Source: Eledone cirrhosa (Eukaryota). Taken from it: a DNA stretch of 64,000 nt. This document shows positions 1 to 12,480 of this stretch, one piece after another. The notes under the pieces were generated by a model that saw nothing but the letters and a program-made list of their open reading frames with translations, was not told the DNA's origin and made no database searches. Position 1 is the stretch's first letter. Each line of letters begins with the position of its first letter. The position numbers were made by a program, and so were the translations under genes. The stretch is taken from the NCBI GenBank assembly GCA_964016885.1, contig OZ024745.1:43400001-43464000 (forward strand), read 5' to 3'.

Positions 1-134
1 ACCCAGCACTCACTGCAAATGAGGTTGGTGTTAGGAAGGGCATCCAGTTGTAGAAATCAAGCCAGAATCAGTTCCCGTCCCACCCTTGCAAGCAGGGAAA
101 AGTGGACGTAAAATGAAATGATGATGAATGATGA
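1..134 (+). mobile_element. 3' part of tRNA/CORE-like SINE (tail type 1), cut by window edge
   Basis: Matches the 3' half of the full copy at 12133-12480 (aggaagggcatccag...cccacccttgcaagcagggaaaag..gacgtaaaatga) and ends in (ATG)n. Confidence 0.85.
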
Positions 135-1142
135 ATTGCAGTTGTCATTTGACAAGTTTAGCAAACTAAATTATGTCTATTTGGTTGTCTTACTTGGAAT
201 GGAAGTGCAAATAAAAAGAAATAAAATTATTAAAAATATAAACGTTACTTAGACAAAGAGATTACAGTTTTCTTTTATAATATATGAGAATGTGTCTTGC
301 TTGGAATGAAAGTACACGTAAAATGCCTAAATTGTAAAGAAATATAATTTTTATTTAGGTAAACTGTGAGGAAATTTTACTTTGACTTTTGTAATATGTG
401 AGAATGTGTAGGTGTGTATTTATAAGTATTTATAAGTATTTATAAGTTTAGAAGGTGTTAGTTATTGGTAGATAAATTGCTCTGAAAGGTTTTGACACTT
501 TAGTAATGCTCTAGTAAAATAATGACCCATTAACACTTAATTTTAAGCATATCCTGGGTGATATTAAATCAAAAGGTGGCTTCTTTAAGAGGCTTAGTAC
601 TAATGGGTTTATTCAGTCTAGGAATGTCTTAAAAAAAATTGACATTAAAAGAACTTAGGTGAATCTAAGAACATTTTTATCAATAGGTATGACTATTTTA
701 GTGTTTTTTAGTTTTTTTAGTTTTGTTGAAACCTGGAAACATATTAATTTTTACAGGTAACAATGCTCTAATAAAATTGAGATGGATTGCAAAAAAAAAA
801 AGAAGTCTAAGCATTTTGAATCTAGTCATTTTTTTTTCAAAACACTGTATTCCTGTATTTTGTAAGAAGCAACTAAAAGGGATGGTGTCAGGAAGGGTAT
901 CTGGCTTTATAACACTGCCTCAAAAGGTCCCATCCAACCCATGCCTTCATGAAAAAGTTGACATAAAAACGACGATGATGATTTACTTCTATATTCTTTT
1001 ATCTAGATGTACATATTTTAACAATATTATGAAAACCAATGTAAATAATGTAATTGAGTGTAGAGTGTGGTATTTTTTTTACATATCTTTGGTAATAAAT
1101 ACTGTAATGGAATGATACTGGTATTATGTGTTTCCTCATCAG

Positions 1143-1206
1143 CAGACCATGGAGGGATTAAGCTCCTATTATGAATCACACTATGTTAGTGCTACTTCCA
1201 ATTACT
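1143..1206 (+). CDS. Candidate short exon (MEGLSSYYESHYVSATSNY), possible alternative ITPR first coding exon
   Basis: Pyrimidine tract + AG (tttcctcatcAG/cAG), accATGG at 1146-1152, open frame, donor GTAAGC at 1207. Phase 1 end is compatible with the exon at 16334. No recognisable homology. Confidence 0.25.
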
Positions 1207-1938
1207 GTAAGCTATTGAAACTCTACAAGTTTAACACCTACCAATAGGATCCTTTCTCTAGCAGTGTGAAACAGTTTGGATGTTATCGGAAAATGTTTAG
1301 TATTTGTATCTACAACAAAGTGATCTCTTCTCTCAGTAATCCACAAAGCACAAATAACATGTAGCTGTGGTCATTCTTATTATGTACAGCAATTATTTTG
1401 TTGTATCATGAGTTAAAGGTGGTCTCCAGTTTGATTCTGATACCAGCCAAAAAGAACATTATGGATCTTGCCACAAATCCTTGGCATCTCTTATGTTAGG
1501 TGTGGGTAGAGTCAAGGAATGTATTTTTATATTTAGTACCTGGAGATTTTTCTCCATACCTGGATTAAACACAACTCTGTTTGCTTCCACAAAAATCAAA
1601 GAATTGTTAGATTTACCTGTTTACTCTTAGTTACCAAGGCAAGGTGGATAATGTAGTACAGTGCCTGTATAACCAGGTTTAAATCTTGTGTTTATTAGTC
1701 CAGCATATAAACTTCCCTGCCACTAAAAATGGATTTTAGCCAAAATGTTCTGAGTATGTGTGTTACATATTAGACTAAGTATTTTATTAACCTGAATATT
1801 TTCAAGATATTAATTATATACAGCTTGTCGGCATTTCACTTTTTTTCAATTTTTGAAGTTTGATATTTATATTTGCACTGACATTGAGAGATAAGTTCTC
1901 CCCCCCCCCTCTCTCTCTCTCCCGCTCTCTCTCTGTAT

Positions 1939-4900
1939 CATCATCATCATCATCATCATCAACGTTTAACGTCCGTGTTCCACGCTTGCATGGGTTTGGA
2001 CGGGGGTAGTCCCACTTGAGGCAAGAGTGATTGTCTTGCTCGCATAGGACTGTCTGGCAGGTTTTCTACAGTTGGATGCCCTTCCTAACACCAACCACAT
2101 TTACAGTGTGGGTCTGGGAGGTTTTTACCGTGTTGCCTACACGGCCACATTACAGCGTGGACTGTGTGTTTTTTTGTCGTGACACCTACACGATCTCATT
2201 TGTTTCGGCCTGGATGACGCGGCACCAACATAACTTTACATAGAACGGGGTGGTGTGGATGGGGTGGGGGTGGTGGCGGGACGGGGTGTAGTTTGTTAGA
2301 GATGCCTACTGGCAAGGCGGGTCTTCTCTGTTACTGAGTACCGCCAAAGGTCACGGTCCAGTGACATTGTCTTGGAGAGGTGTAAGTGTGTGAGGTCGGA
2401 GTTTATCAGCTCATCCCATGTTTTTCTAGGTCTGCCTATTCCGTGGCTACCGTCTATCTTTATTGCCCTGCACTTTGTAATACAGCTATCGACTTTCATG
2501 CGCATCACGTGTCCATACCAACGCAGCCTTCTCTCGAGTAAACAACATCTGATCCCTCTTATCTCTAATTTTTTCCTTAGTTCGTTTATGCTTTGCCGTT
2601 CACGTATATTACTGTTACACATCCAGCGGAGCATGCAAGCTTCGTTCCTCTCTAGTCTGCGTATATCCTCTGCACACAATGCCCAGGTCTCACTACCATG
2701 CAACATTGCTGTTCGTATGCAGGCATCGTACAACCTGCCTTTCATTTTTAGGGAGAACCCTTTAGCAGCTAATAGTGGTATAAGCTCTCTGAACTTTTTC
2801 CAACCAGTTCTGACTCTAGCTACAGTACTTTCAGAGCACCCTCCCCCACTGCTGATTTTATCGCCCAGGTAACGGAAGCTGTCCACTATTTCTATAGAAC
2901 CCTCTGCGCAATTGAAAGAGCTAGTATTTTGTGGGCACTTGCTGCTACTTATTGCACCAGAACACCGGCCACATGTAAAGTCTATGTTCTTAGTTAGCTT
3001 ACCTGTGATCCCACTACATCTTTTATGCACCCATACTTTGCATTTAGGACATAAGATGGAGTTTCTACCTACGCCTTTCCTACATACCGAGCACGACCAT
3101 TTCCCAGAAGGGACCGCCGCCTTGTTTTCTTTCCTACAAACTAGAACTTTGGTCTTAGCCAGGTTAATTTTAAGTCCTTTTGACTCTAGGCCGTGCTTCC
3201 ATGTTTGGAATTTCTTCTCTAGCTCGGCCATTGATTCCGCTATGAGTGTCAGGTCGTCTGCGTATAGGAGTTCCCATGGGCAGCCTGTCTTGAACTCCTC
3301 TGTTATAGCCTGAAGGGCAATAATAAATAGTAGGGGGCTGAGAACAGAGCCCTGATGGACGCCAACTTTTACGCTAAACTCTTCACTATATTCGTTGTTA
3401 ATTCTAACCTTGCTGACTGTTTCTTTATACATGGCTTGTATAGCCCTCACAAGCCATTCGTCAACGCCTAGTTTTCTAAGAGCCCACCAGATAATGGAGC
3501 GGGGGACTCTGTCGAAGGCTTTCTCCAGGTCGACAAAAGCTAAGTAGAGGGGTTTACCTTTAGCTAGGTACTTCTCCTGTAGTTGTCGTACTATGAAAAG
3601 AGCGTCTGTGGTGCTTTTGCCTGACACAAACCCGAACTGCATTTCATCTAGATCAATTCTCTCTCTGATTAGTTGCGCTATTACTTTTTCCGTGACCTTC
3701 ATGACCTGGTCGATTAATTTAATGCCTCTATAGTTACTCCTATCTAGGGCGTCTCCTTTACCCTTATAACAGTTAACGATGATGCTGCTATGCCAGTCCT
3801 TCGGAACAACCCCATTCTGTACGACTTGGTTAACTATGCGGGTGACCATGGTGTGTCCCACCGTGCCAGATGCCTTCAGCATCTCAGCAACTATTTCCGA
3901 AGGCCCAGCCGCCTTACCAGTCTTCATATCCTTGATTGCCTTACTTATTATACTCCCCTCGACTAACACTGCTGGTCCCTCTATCGGGTCGATATGGGGG
4001 AGACTGTCTTTCTCCCATTTATTCTCCTCATTTAGTAGCCTTTCATAGTGACACTTCCAAGCTACCTTCTTATCAGTGTCGGTGATGGCAAGTATGCCAT
4101 CATCGTTAAGTACACACTTCTCCCCGACAATATCACGGTTTTCCTTGACGCATTGCCTGGCAATCCTGAACACCTCACGTTTTTGGTCATCGCGTTGTAG
4201 AACATGCTTGAACTTTCTTTCCTCAGCTTCCCTTCTTGCTAAGTACACTTCTCTCCTAGCTTCCCTCCTGGCCACTTGATAGTCTACTCTACTTCCCCCA
4301 TCCCGCCATACTTTCCAAGCCTGCTTTTTGGCCTTAATTGACCCCTCCACCCTATTGTTCCACCACCATGTTACTCTCCTCCTGCCTACAGGCCTGCTCC
4401 AGCCACAGACTTCGTCTGTCGCCAACAGCAGGTTTGCTTTCAGAAATTTCCACTGTCCCTCTATATTGTCCGATTCTAGATGCTCTTCCTTACTGTCGAA
4501 AGCATCAAGTAATATGCTTTGAAATTTATTTCTGGCTGTGGGGTCCTTTAGTTTCCATATTTTCCTCCTGAGGATAGTCCTCTTCTGCTGTCGGGTACGT
4601 CTCGTCCTGACTGTGAGGTCGCTAATTATCAGTCTATGTTGGGAGGTGCATTCTTCATGGGGGAGGGATTTAGTGTTTACAACAGACACTCTGTCACGTC
4701 TTCTGGTAAGGATATAATCTACCTGGCTTGTGTGTTCCCCGGATCTATAGGTAATCAGGTGATTGTCACGTTTTTTGAAGTTAGTGTTACAGATAGTTAG
4801 GTTATTTGCATCACAGTATTCCAGAATTCTGGAGCCTTCCTCATTTCTAGTACCAAACCCATAGCCTCCATGGATTTCGTCGTAGCCGTCACAATGTTGT

Positions 4901-5463
4901 CCAACATGACCATTTAGGTCGCCTGCAATAATTATATAGTCACTGTCAGATATTTGGGAGGTAGTTAGCAACAGTGTCTCATAGAATCTGTCTTTTATAG
5001 TGCCGGGCAGTCCGGATTGGGGTGCGTACGCAGATATTACTGTCACCGTAGTTCTATTGAGGACAAGTCTTATTTTAATTATTCTGTCGTTCACTCTATT
5101 TACGTCTATTATCTTATCTGCCCACTTTTCTGCTACCATGATTCCTACTCCACCCAGCCCATCGTCGTTTCCCACCCAGAAAAGCTTATAACATCGTTTT
5201 TTACCCTCAATGAATCTAGCAGACCCACCCCTCCACCTGGTCTCTTGAATACAACAAACATCGACCTCCTTACGTTCAAGCATTTCTACAACCTCGTTAG
5301 CGCGACCCTTTAGGGTGCCTACATTTATGGTACCAACTCTGAAGTTTTGGGTTGCGTTTGGAGGGTGGGGGTGGTGGGGGGCGGGAGGAGATAGGGTTAT
5401 GTTAGCCATCCGCGGACGAAACAAAGAGGAGTGCTCGCATTCTCGTCCACGAGGTGAATTTGA
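1939..5463 (-). mobile_element. RTE-clade non-LTR retrotransposon (LINE), intact ORF
   Basis: Single APE+RT ORF, ~350-nt 3' UTR, (TGA)n tail at 1939-1960, candidate TSD ctctgtat at 1931-1938 and 5464-5471. Confidence 0.95.
2296..5424 (-). CDS. RTE LINE ORF: AP-endonuclease + reverse transcriptase with embedded PHD-like Cys/His finger
   Basis: 1042-aa ORF (first ATG at 5409). APE motifs GTINVGTL, IQETRW, SAYAP, GDLNGHVG, QVDYIL, SQHRL. RT motifs QFGF, FVDLEKAFD, GVHQGSVLSP, YADD, YLG. C-x2-C...C-x2-C-x4-H-x2-C...C-x2-C insert. Confidence 0.96.
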   Translation of the reverse strand: MFRPRMANITLSPPAPHHPHPPNATQNFRVGTINVGTLKGRANEVVEMLERKEVDVCCIQETRWRGGSARFIEGKKRCYKLFWVGNDDGLGGVGIMVAEKWADKIIDVNRVNDRIIKIRLVLNRTTVTVISAYAPQSGLPGTIKDRFYETLLLTTSQISDSDYIIIAGDLNGHVGQHCDGYDEIHGGYGFGTRNEEGSRILEYCDANNLTICNTNFKKRDNHLITYRSGEHTSQVDYILTRRRDRVSVVNTKSLPHEECTSQHRLIISDLTVRTRRTRQQKRTILRRKIWKLKDPTARNKFQSILLDAFDSKEEHLESDNIEGQWKFLKANLLLATDEVCGWSRPVGRRRVTWWWNNRVEGSIKAKKQAWKVWRDGGSRVDYQVARREARREVYLARREAEERKFKHVLQRDDQKREVFRIARQCVKENRDIVGEKCVLNDDGILAITDTDKKVAWKCHYERLLNEENKWEKDSLPHIDPIEGPAVLVEGSIISKAIKDMKTGKAAGPSEIVAEMLKASGTVGHTMVTRIVNQVVQNGVVPKDWHSSIIVNCYKGKGDALDRSNYRGIKLIDQVMKVTEKVIAQLIRERIDLDEMQFGFVSGKSTTDALFIVRQLQEKYLAKGKPLYLAFVDLEKAFDRVPRSIIWWALRKLGVDEWLVRAIQAMYKETVSKVRINNEYSEEFSVKVGVHQGSVLSPLLFIIALQAITEEFKTGCPWELLYADDLTLIAESMAELEKKFQTWKHGLESKGLKINLAKTKVLVCRKENKAAVPSGKWSCSVCRKGVGRNSILCPKCKVWVHKRCSGITGKLTKNIDFTCGRCSGAISSSKCPQNTSSFNCAEGSIEIVDSFRYLGDKISSGGGCSESTVARVRTGWKKFRELIPLLAAKGFSLKMKGRLYDACIRTAMLHGSETWALCAEDIRRLERNEACMLRWMCNSNIRERQSINELRKKLEIRGIRCCLLERRLRWYGHVMRMKVDSCITKCRAIKIDGSHGIGRPRKTWDELINSDLTHLHLSKTMSLDRDLWRYSVTEKTRLASRHL

Positions 5464-5714
5464 CTCTGTATGTGTATATATATATATATATCATCATTTA
5501 ATGTCCATTTTCCCTGCTAGCAATGGTTAGATGCACTTAAGTGGAGCCACTGGCCTCTTAGTTGAGCCATAACCCTTTCAGTTACCTTCATGATCTGTTC
5601 CATCCACTCAATGTCCCAGTGGTTATCTTTCTCTCTGGTGTGTCTTCCTTTCCTTTGCAACAGTTTACATATGTGTGGAAAAGAAGTGCGTGTGTGTGTG
5701 TATATATATATATA

Positions 5715-6140
5715 ATCATCATCATCATCACTGTTTTACGTCCGTTCTTCCACGCTAGCATGGGTTAGACGGGTTGTCCTGTTGTGGGCAGTGTCTGGTC
5801 GGCTGACCTTGTCATGCTCATACGGGAACTGCTTCTGGCTTGATTTCTACAGCTGGATGCCGTTCCTAACCAACCTCATTTACAGTGAGTGCTGGGTGCT
5901 TTTTTTGCAGTGGCGCCTACACATCCACTTTACAATGTGAGCTGGGGGCTTTTTTTGCCATGGCGCCTACAATGGAATGATAGGGACTCTAGTCCTATCA
6001 TCTCATTTCTACAGCTGAGTAAACTGGAGAAATGTGAAATAAAGTGTCTTGCTCAAGGACACACCACCCGGTCTGAGAATTGAAATCACAACCTTTCGAT
6101 TGCAAGCCCAATGCTCTAACCACTAAGCCATGCACCTTCA
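5715..6140 (-). mobile_element. Full-length tRNA/CORE-like SINE, tail type 2
   Basis: Minus strand: A box tggcttagtgg, B-box-like segment, ccttgagcaagacactt core, RTE 3'UTR-like body, (TGA)n tail. Confidence 0.85.
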
Positions 6141-6860
6141 CCCTTGCAAGCAGGGAAAAGTGGACATAGGATGATGATGATGATCTTTCCTTTACTATCA
6201 TATGCACCAAGTAGGATTTGCCTGAAGCTGTTGTAAATTGAGTATTCTCTGATGTATCATGCCTTCCTACTCCAGATTGATTTTTGCCTCTGATACATAT
6301 ATATTTATATATATATATATATATATATAGTTGGACACGGCCTGGGCCTATACTGGCCCGAAACCTATCTAAATTTCTCTCTCTCTCTCTCTCTCTTTCT
6401 CTCACTCATAATATTTGGAAAAGAAGTTTGGGTATATTTTATGATGTGAAGATGAGAAGTGTCCCAGATTGTGAAAGAGTGTGGCAGAGGAAGTCATGAC
6501 ATGGAGTAAAGAAAAGTTTACATATATGTATGTGTGTGTATCATCATCATCATCATCATTGTTTATGTGTGAGTATATATATATATATATATATATATAC
6601 ATGCATACATACACACACTACATAGATACTTAATGGGGAGGATGGGGAGAAAGGTGATAAGTATGTCATGTGTGTATGGCAAGTGTGGTGGAGTGGTAAC
6701 AACATTTAGCACGGTGATAAGTGAGAAGTGACCTCCAGTAGCATGGGAAGTAGTGGGATAGAAGTTACTGAGAGAAATAGGGGGTGGGGCAAGGCTTTAT
6801 GCCAAGTGATATAGGGGGATTGTTAGGATTATATGGGATGGTGATGATCCTGGGTGTGTA

Positions 6861-7122
6861 TCATCATCATCATCATTTTACATCCGCTTTTCCCTGCTTG
6901 CAAGGGTGGGACGGGAACTGATTCTGGCTTGATTTCTACAGCTGGATGCCCTTCCTAACACTAACCTTATTTACAGTGAGTGCTGGGTGCTTTTTTGCCG
7001 TGGCACCTCCACGACCACTTTGCAGTGGAATGATAGGGACCCAGTCCTATCATCTCATTTCTACAGCTGAGTAAACTGGAGCAATGTGAAATAAAGTGTC
7101 TTGCTCAAGGAAACAACACATC
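6861..7122 (-). mobile_element. 5'-truncated tRNA/CORE-like SINE, tail type 1
   Basis: Colinear with 12133-12480 from the core to the (TGA)n tail. Confidence 0.85.
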
Positions 7123-8233
7123 ATATATATATATATAAAATGAATAATTATTGTAGCATATACTTGAAGATTATGGTAAATTTAAGGTAGATATAACTAT
7201 CATTTTTGAATTAGAAGCCTTAGCTGTGCTGGAATATGTAAACACATTGAACTATTCCTCAATACACAGAAAAACATAAGAGATTATTCTTATGCCAACA
7301 TTTCAATGGTTATTGTTTCCTCATCAGGGAATAACTACTCCTATAATTCCATGTATGAAAGAATATTTGTATAGCAATACTATAAATGTCATACAGAGTA
7401 TAGAAAATACTCGAAATAATTAGTCTAATTTGCATGGTGCATATGTTTAGTGATTTAACTAAATATATTAAGAATATTTATGCTAGAACACAGCGAAAGA
7501 TTAAGTTAAAATTAAGGTGGAATTTTCACCTGTAGATTTCTTTATGCAGTATCATACGGAACAGGAAATTAAGTTTTACAGCCATTTTGAATTTTTAAAA
7601 CATATTTTCCAACAGCATATGTTCAAAACTCCGCACTATTTATAACCACATAAAACACTGGATCTACTATATACTACAAATGAAAATATTTATGTTATCA
7701 AACTGTTTGATATGTGTAAAGTAATATGATATGAATTGGAAACTGAGATAGCTATCAACTGGAATTAAGCCACATGTTTACATTATTGTGGATATGTTTG
7801 AAGAGTCATCTCCAGTTCACTCTATATCTTAACTCAGCTGTTGTTTATTTAGTCCCAGATCAGCTCTAATCAATCATGTTTATGCTCAAAGGCCATTCCA
7901 ATTTTTTTAATTTTTTTTTTTTAGACCTAGTTTATATAGGACTACATTTCTAATGTGCCCTTCTTTTGTTAGACAGTAAGTTTTGATTTGAGGAGATTTG
8001 ACAGCTATTTCTAGCTTGTTGATTGACTGTAGACGATGTCTCTTCTCCCTATATTTTTCATAAACCTGATCTTTCGTATGTATGGTGGCAAATTTGGAAT
8101 TGTTTCAGCCTTATTAGATCTCACTAAAGAAGCATAGTCTTACTTGTTCTTATAAAATCTTAAATGACTAGAGAAAACCTTTTGAGAAGATTTTCAGTGA
8201 AAAGCATTCCTTGATTTGGCAACTTAAAATAAT

Positions 8234-8418
8234 TGTTTCTACTTTTGGCACAAGGCCAGCAATTACCCAGTACATTACTGGTACTTTATTTTATTGACCC
8301 TGTAAGGATGAAAGGCAAAGTTTACCTCAACGGGATTTGAACTCAGACCTGAAAGGGATGTAACTATGCTAGAAAGCATGGCGTCCAACTCTCTACCGAT
8401 ACTGCCAATTCACTGCCC
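8234..8418 (-). mobile_element. tRNA-derived SINE with Nin/Deu-like domain
   Basis: gagttcaaatccc B box and gcctttcatcctt..gggtc.ataaaataaagtacc domain on the minus strand. 18-bp TSD ttggcaacttaaaataat at 8216-8233 and 8419-8436. Confidence 0.88.
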
Positions 8419-10679
8419 TTGGCAACTTAAAATAATGATAGGTATATCTTTAATTATAAAAAAATCAAAACATTCTGCTCACTACATCATGTTAGTCCCT
8501 ACTTAACTAATTGTATAAACTAACTTGTTTGAAATTAGTCTTTTCAACACATTAAACAGTGTTCATCAAATATATACTTTTCATTTTTTAATTGGTTGCA
8601 TTTCATTGACTTAACCACCCCTCTTAATTCTTAACATCCTGTACCACATGAAACCACATTAGTAAAATATTCTTGAAAAGTGTAAAACAGCATTATGATT
8701 GCATCATGTTAACAAAAAAAGTCTTTACACTAATATTGCAAATTTTCACAACAATCTATCTACTTGTAAAGATACTATAAACATTTGAATTAGCAAAAAA
8801 TAAGTTTTCTGATAATTAGTTATATTATTAAATCCCTTCAATTTTTAAAACTTATTTTCACAATTATTTAAACACTTAGGTAGTGTCTTTCATTAGAAAT
8901 ATGGTAACAAAATGATTAGGGCCATTTTTTCCTTCTGGGCATCATAATATACTTTAACACATCCTGAGGTCCTTTTTGATATAATGTTTTATAGCCTTTC
9001 CTGCTGCCAATTCTTTTAGCAGCCCTTTATGACATGCATTGATATGGTGTACCTATTCTAAACTGGACACACAACAAATATAAGTTCAGTAGCTGCATCA
9101 TCTTAAATCTGTATAGTTTGAATAAGTAGTCACAGTCAGAGTCCAGATGAATCACAGTGACATGTCTTACTCATGCATTCTATATTTGGCATGGTTTCTA
9201 TGGTAGGGTTGTCTTCATATGCTTTACAGCGTGTATTGAGGGTTTTTTTTTCCTGATACCATTACTATCACTTTGCATGGTGTACTGGGTATGTTTTTTT
9301 TTTCATAGCACCAACACTAACATTTTCGCAAATCGATCTCCACTGATATAGAATATGTAACTCTAAATTTGAACTTTCATCCTATGCTCCATCATCATCA
9401 CAATCATCATCATTTAACATATATTCTCCCTGCTAGCAAAAGTTGAATGGGTCATCAGAGATTGAGTCAATACTTTATCAGAGCTAACGTCTTTGATGGG
9501 CTTAGGGCTGCATCTTGCTTACATATGTTCTTGCACTCTCAAATTGTGACTATTGGTGTTGTGAAACTACTATTTATACTGAAGGAATAATCTCATTACA
9601 AAAATATATATAAATTCATTTGTATTGAGTACCTTTATTTCTTATTTGCATTCACACTCACACACATATATAGAAGAAAATTTTTCTCTCATAACCCCAC
9701 CCAACATCAAAACAAAAGTAAATAAATATGACAAACTCAAACCAAACAGGATGCACCACACAAAAAACAATTACTCGGCTACAAAAACACAATTGTTAAA
9801 ACAATAAATCAATGTCTATCACATGCAAAATCTTCCATCGAATACTTAATGTTTAATCATCATAATATATATATGAAAATTTACAAATATATACAAATTG
9901 TCTATTACTTTAACAATTCCTTATAACTGAAAGTTTGAAGAATATATCTCAATTAATTGAACTTTCTCTGCATATATTTTCCAAGCCATTTACTTGGGAT
10001 CTGATAATTTCCTCCTGCTTCTGCGATCTAATTGTATTCTGTGTCTGTCAACAGGAAGTAGACTGCTCACTATACCATAAACAGTTCATTTCTCTAAAAA
10101 CTTTTGTATGGTTTCTGCTGTATTGTTAATTGCTTCAATGAGATGGCCTGATATTTCTACTGTGGTTGTTTCTTACAAATCATTTAATTTATTTCATTTA
10201 AATTTTACTATCATTCATGACATTAATTTCAACCCTTTTTTTTCTGACTGAAAATATGAGTCCAACACAATATTTCTCCACAGTTTCTAAATTCTTGCAG
10301 ACTGGTGAAGTGTAAGCCATTCTGTAGTTATGAAATTAAATCCAACTTAAGAATATGCAATATAATCATTTTGTGTATATATATATTGTGAATTGCTTTA
10401 TGTGTAATTTAAACTACTTTTAATTCAAGATTTCATTTAATTAAGGATTAGATTTGATCAGATTCACAAAGCAAAAGATAATTTCTATTAGATTGCTATG
10501 GTACCAAACACTTTCCAGTTTGTGTGTGGACACTTTCCAGTTTGTGTGTGGACAATTCTACACAATTTGCAATTGGTTTCAAAGTAATGGTATCACAATT
10601 AAAACAGTGTCATTGTTGGTATCACCATAGTACACTGTCCACAGTATTGCCATATAGACATACAGCATCATATAGATGA

Positions 10680-10797
10680 GCATTGGTGCAATGTGAAATA
10701 AAGTGTTGCTCAAGGACACAATGGATCACTTTGTCCAAGAATCAAATTCACAACATCCCGATTGCAAGCCCAATGCACTAAGGCATGTGCCTTCACA
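10680..10797 (-). mobile_element. Degraded head/core of tRNA/CORE-like SINE
   Basis: gcaatgtgaaataaagtgttgctcaaggacaca...gattgcaagcccaatgc matches 6030-6140. Confidence 0.7.
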
Positions 10798-11519
10798 CTA
10801 TAAATATACTGGATCTGTTATTATTGTTGACTCTAAATTACCAAAGCATACATTTGCATTTCCTCCACAGTAACCTAAGCACTGTATTACTGCTATTGCA
10901 CAAACACCACAAATCAATTATTACTATTATTTTCTTATTACTACAATATATATGTCTCTGTCATCAGCGATTTGATGAATTAGTTTAACATAAGTTATGA
11001 TAAAAAATATATATATATTCATTATATTGAAAAAATGGTCCTGTCATTTTTCATATATACAACAAGCTGTCTTGTGACTTCTAAACATATTTGATATAAA
11101 CATCTGCCACGTCTTCAGATTTATGTATTTCTCAAGGGCATTGGTGACATAAAAGTGGATAAATAAAAATGCAAACTGTAACAAAACAACCAGTCACTTT
11201 ATTCGATAGCATGTACTAAATACTCGTATTATATATTGACATAGTTTTATTAAGGAGGATCAGATTCTTAAAAAATCTGATATCACTTACAGAGAAACAA
11301 ATATAGAACAAAGCTAAAGTATTGATGTTAGTGAGGAGATTGCATTGGTATGGTTATGTGATGCGTATGAAGGACAAAATTGATAGAAGCTATGGAGTAG
11401 GATAACCCATTAAGATCTTTGGTGTTATGCAGTAATACAGAAGACACACCTTCTCATGTGCATGGACTCAAGCATACATCTAGTTAGGCACCTCTTAACC
11501 ACTATACCCCCTTCTATAC

Positions 11520-11897
11520 ATCCTGTGCCCTAACACCCACCCACCCACTTCTGTCCACACCACCCTTACACTGTAAAGTTATGTTGGTATCAGAGTAAAA
11601 AAAAGCATCCAGCCCACACTGTAAAGTGGTTATGTGTGTGTCACAACAAAAAGTACCCAGCCCACACTGTAAAGTGGTTATGTGTGTGTCAACAAAAAGT
11701 ACCCAGCCCACACTGTAAAGTGGTTGTGTGTGTGTCACAACAAAAAGCACCCAGCCCACACTGTAAAGTGGTTATGTGTGTGTCACAACAAAAAGCACCC
11801 AGCCCACACTGTAAAGTGGTCGTGTAGGTGTCACAACAAAAACAAACAGCTTACACTATAAAGTGGTTGTGTAGGAGTCACAACAAAAAGAACCCAA
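11520..11897 (+). repeat. Minisatellite, ~48-bp unit x ~7, expanded from the RTE 3' UTR module
   Basis: agcccacactgtaaagtggtt recurs at 11611, 11659, 11705, 11753, 11801, preceded by the C-rich tract found at the start of RTE 3' UTRs. Confidence 0.85.
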
Positions 11898-12132
11898 TTG
11901 TCAAGGTTTGCTCCCTTCTGGGCTCTCTTTGAGGTCTCAAGATTTGTAATCTTTGTGTTTTCATTCCTCGCCTCCCAGAACAAGTCACAAGCCCATTGCC
12001 AGTACTTACTGTGTTGGATGGAGACTGCAATATATTTTCCAAATAGGCCCCTCTGCTTAAGGCCTGAATGTCACTTGCTATTCCGCATAAAGGACAATGC
12101 AGTTTGACTGCCTTTATTGTATCTAGCCATAT

Positions 12133-12480
12133 GGAGGCACATGGCTTAGTGGTTAGAGCATTGGCCTTGCAATCGAAAGGTTGTGAGTTCAATTCTCAGA
12201 CCGGGTGATGTGTTGTTTCCTTGAGCAAGACACTTTATTTCACATTGCTCCAGTTTACTCAGCTGTAGAAATGAGATGATAGGGACTGGGGTCCATATCA
12301 TTCCACTGCAAAGTGGTCGTGTAAGCGCCACGGAAAAAAAGCACCCAGCACTCACTGTAAATGGGGTTGGTGTTAGGAAGGGCATCCAGCTGTAGAAATC
12401 AAGCCAGCATCAGTTCCCATCCCACCCTTGCAAGCAGGGAAAAAGCGGACGTAAAATGAAATGATGATGATGATGATGAT
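12133..12480 (+). mobile_element. Full-length tRNA/CORE-like SINE, tail type 1
   Basis: A box TGGCTTAGTGG, B box GAGTTCAATTC, CORE-like ccttgagcaagacactt, RTE-derived 3' region, (ATG)n tail. Confidence 0.9.

Noticed and set aside
723-1115. 130-aa ORF
   Set aside because: Non-ATG start, AT-rich, overlaps a decayed SINE tail (~883-980), no recognisable domain.
2372-5530. Plus-strand ORFs overlapping the LINE, and their mirrors at 47634-48575 and 39153-39437
   Set aside because: Antisense shadows of the RTE ORF.
9935-10330. Coding-like stretch on the minus strand
   Set aside because: Interrupted by stops, and I recognise no homology.
10509-10555. 22-bp tandem duplication acactttccagtttgtgtgtgg
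   Set aside because: Simple local duplication with no further structure.
12133-12205. tRNA-like sequence with A and B boxes (also in other SINE heads)
   Set aside because: SINE head continuing into core and LINE-derived tail; no complete cloverleaf.
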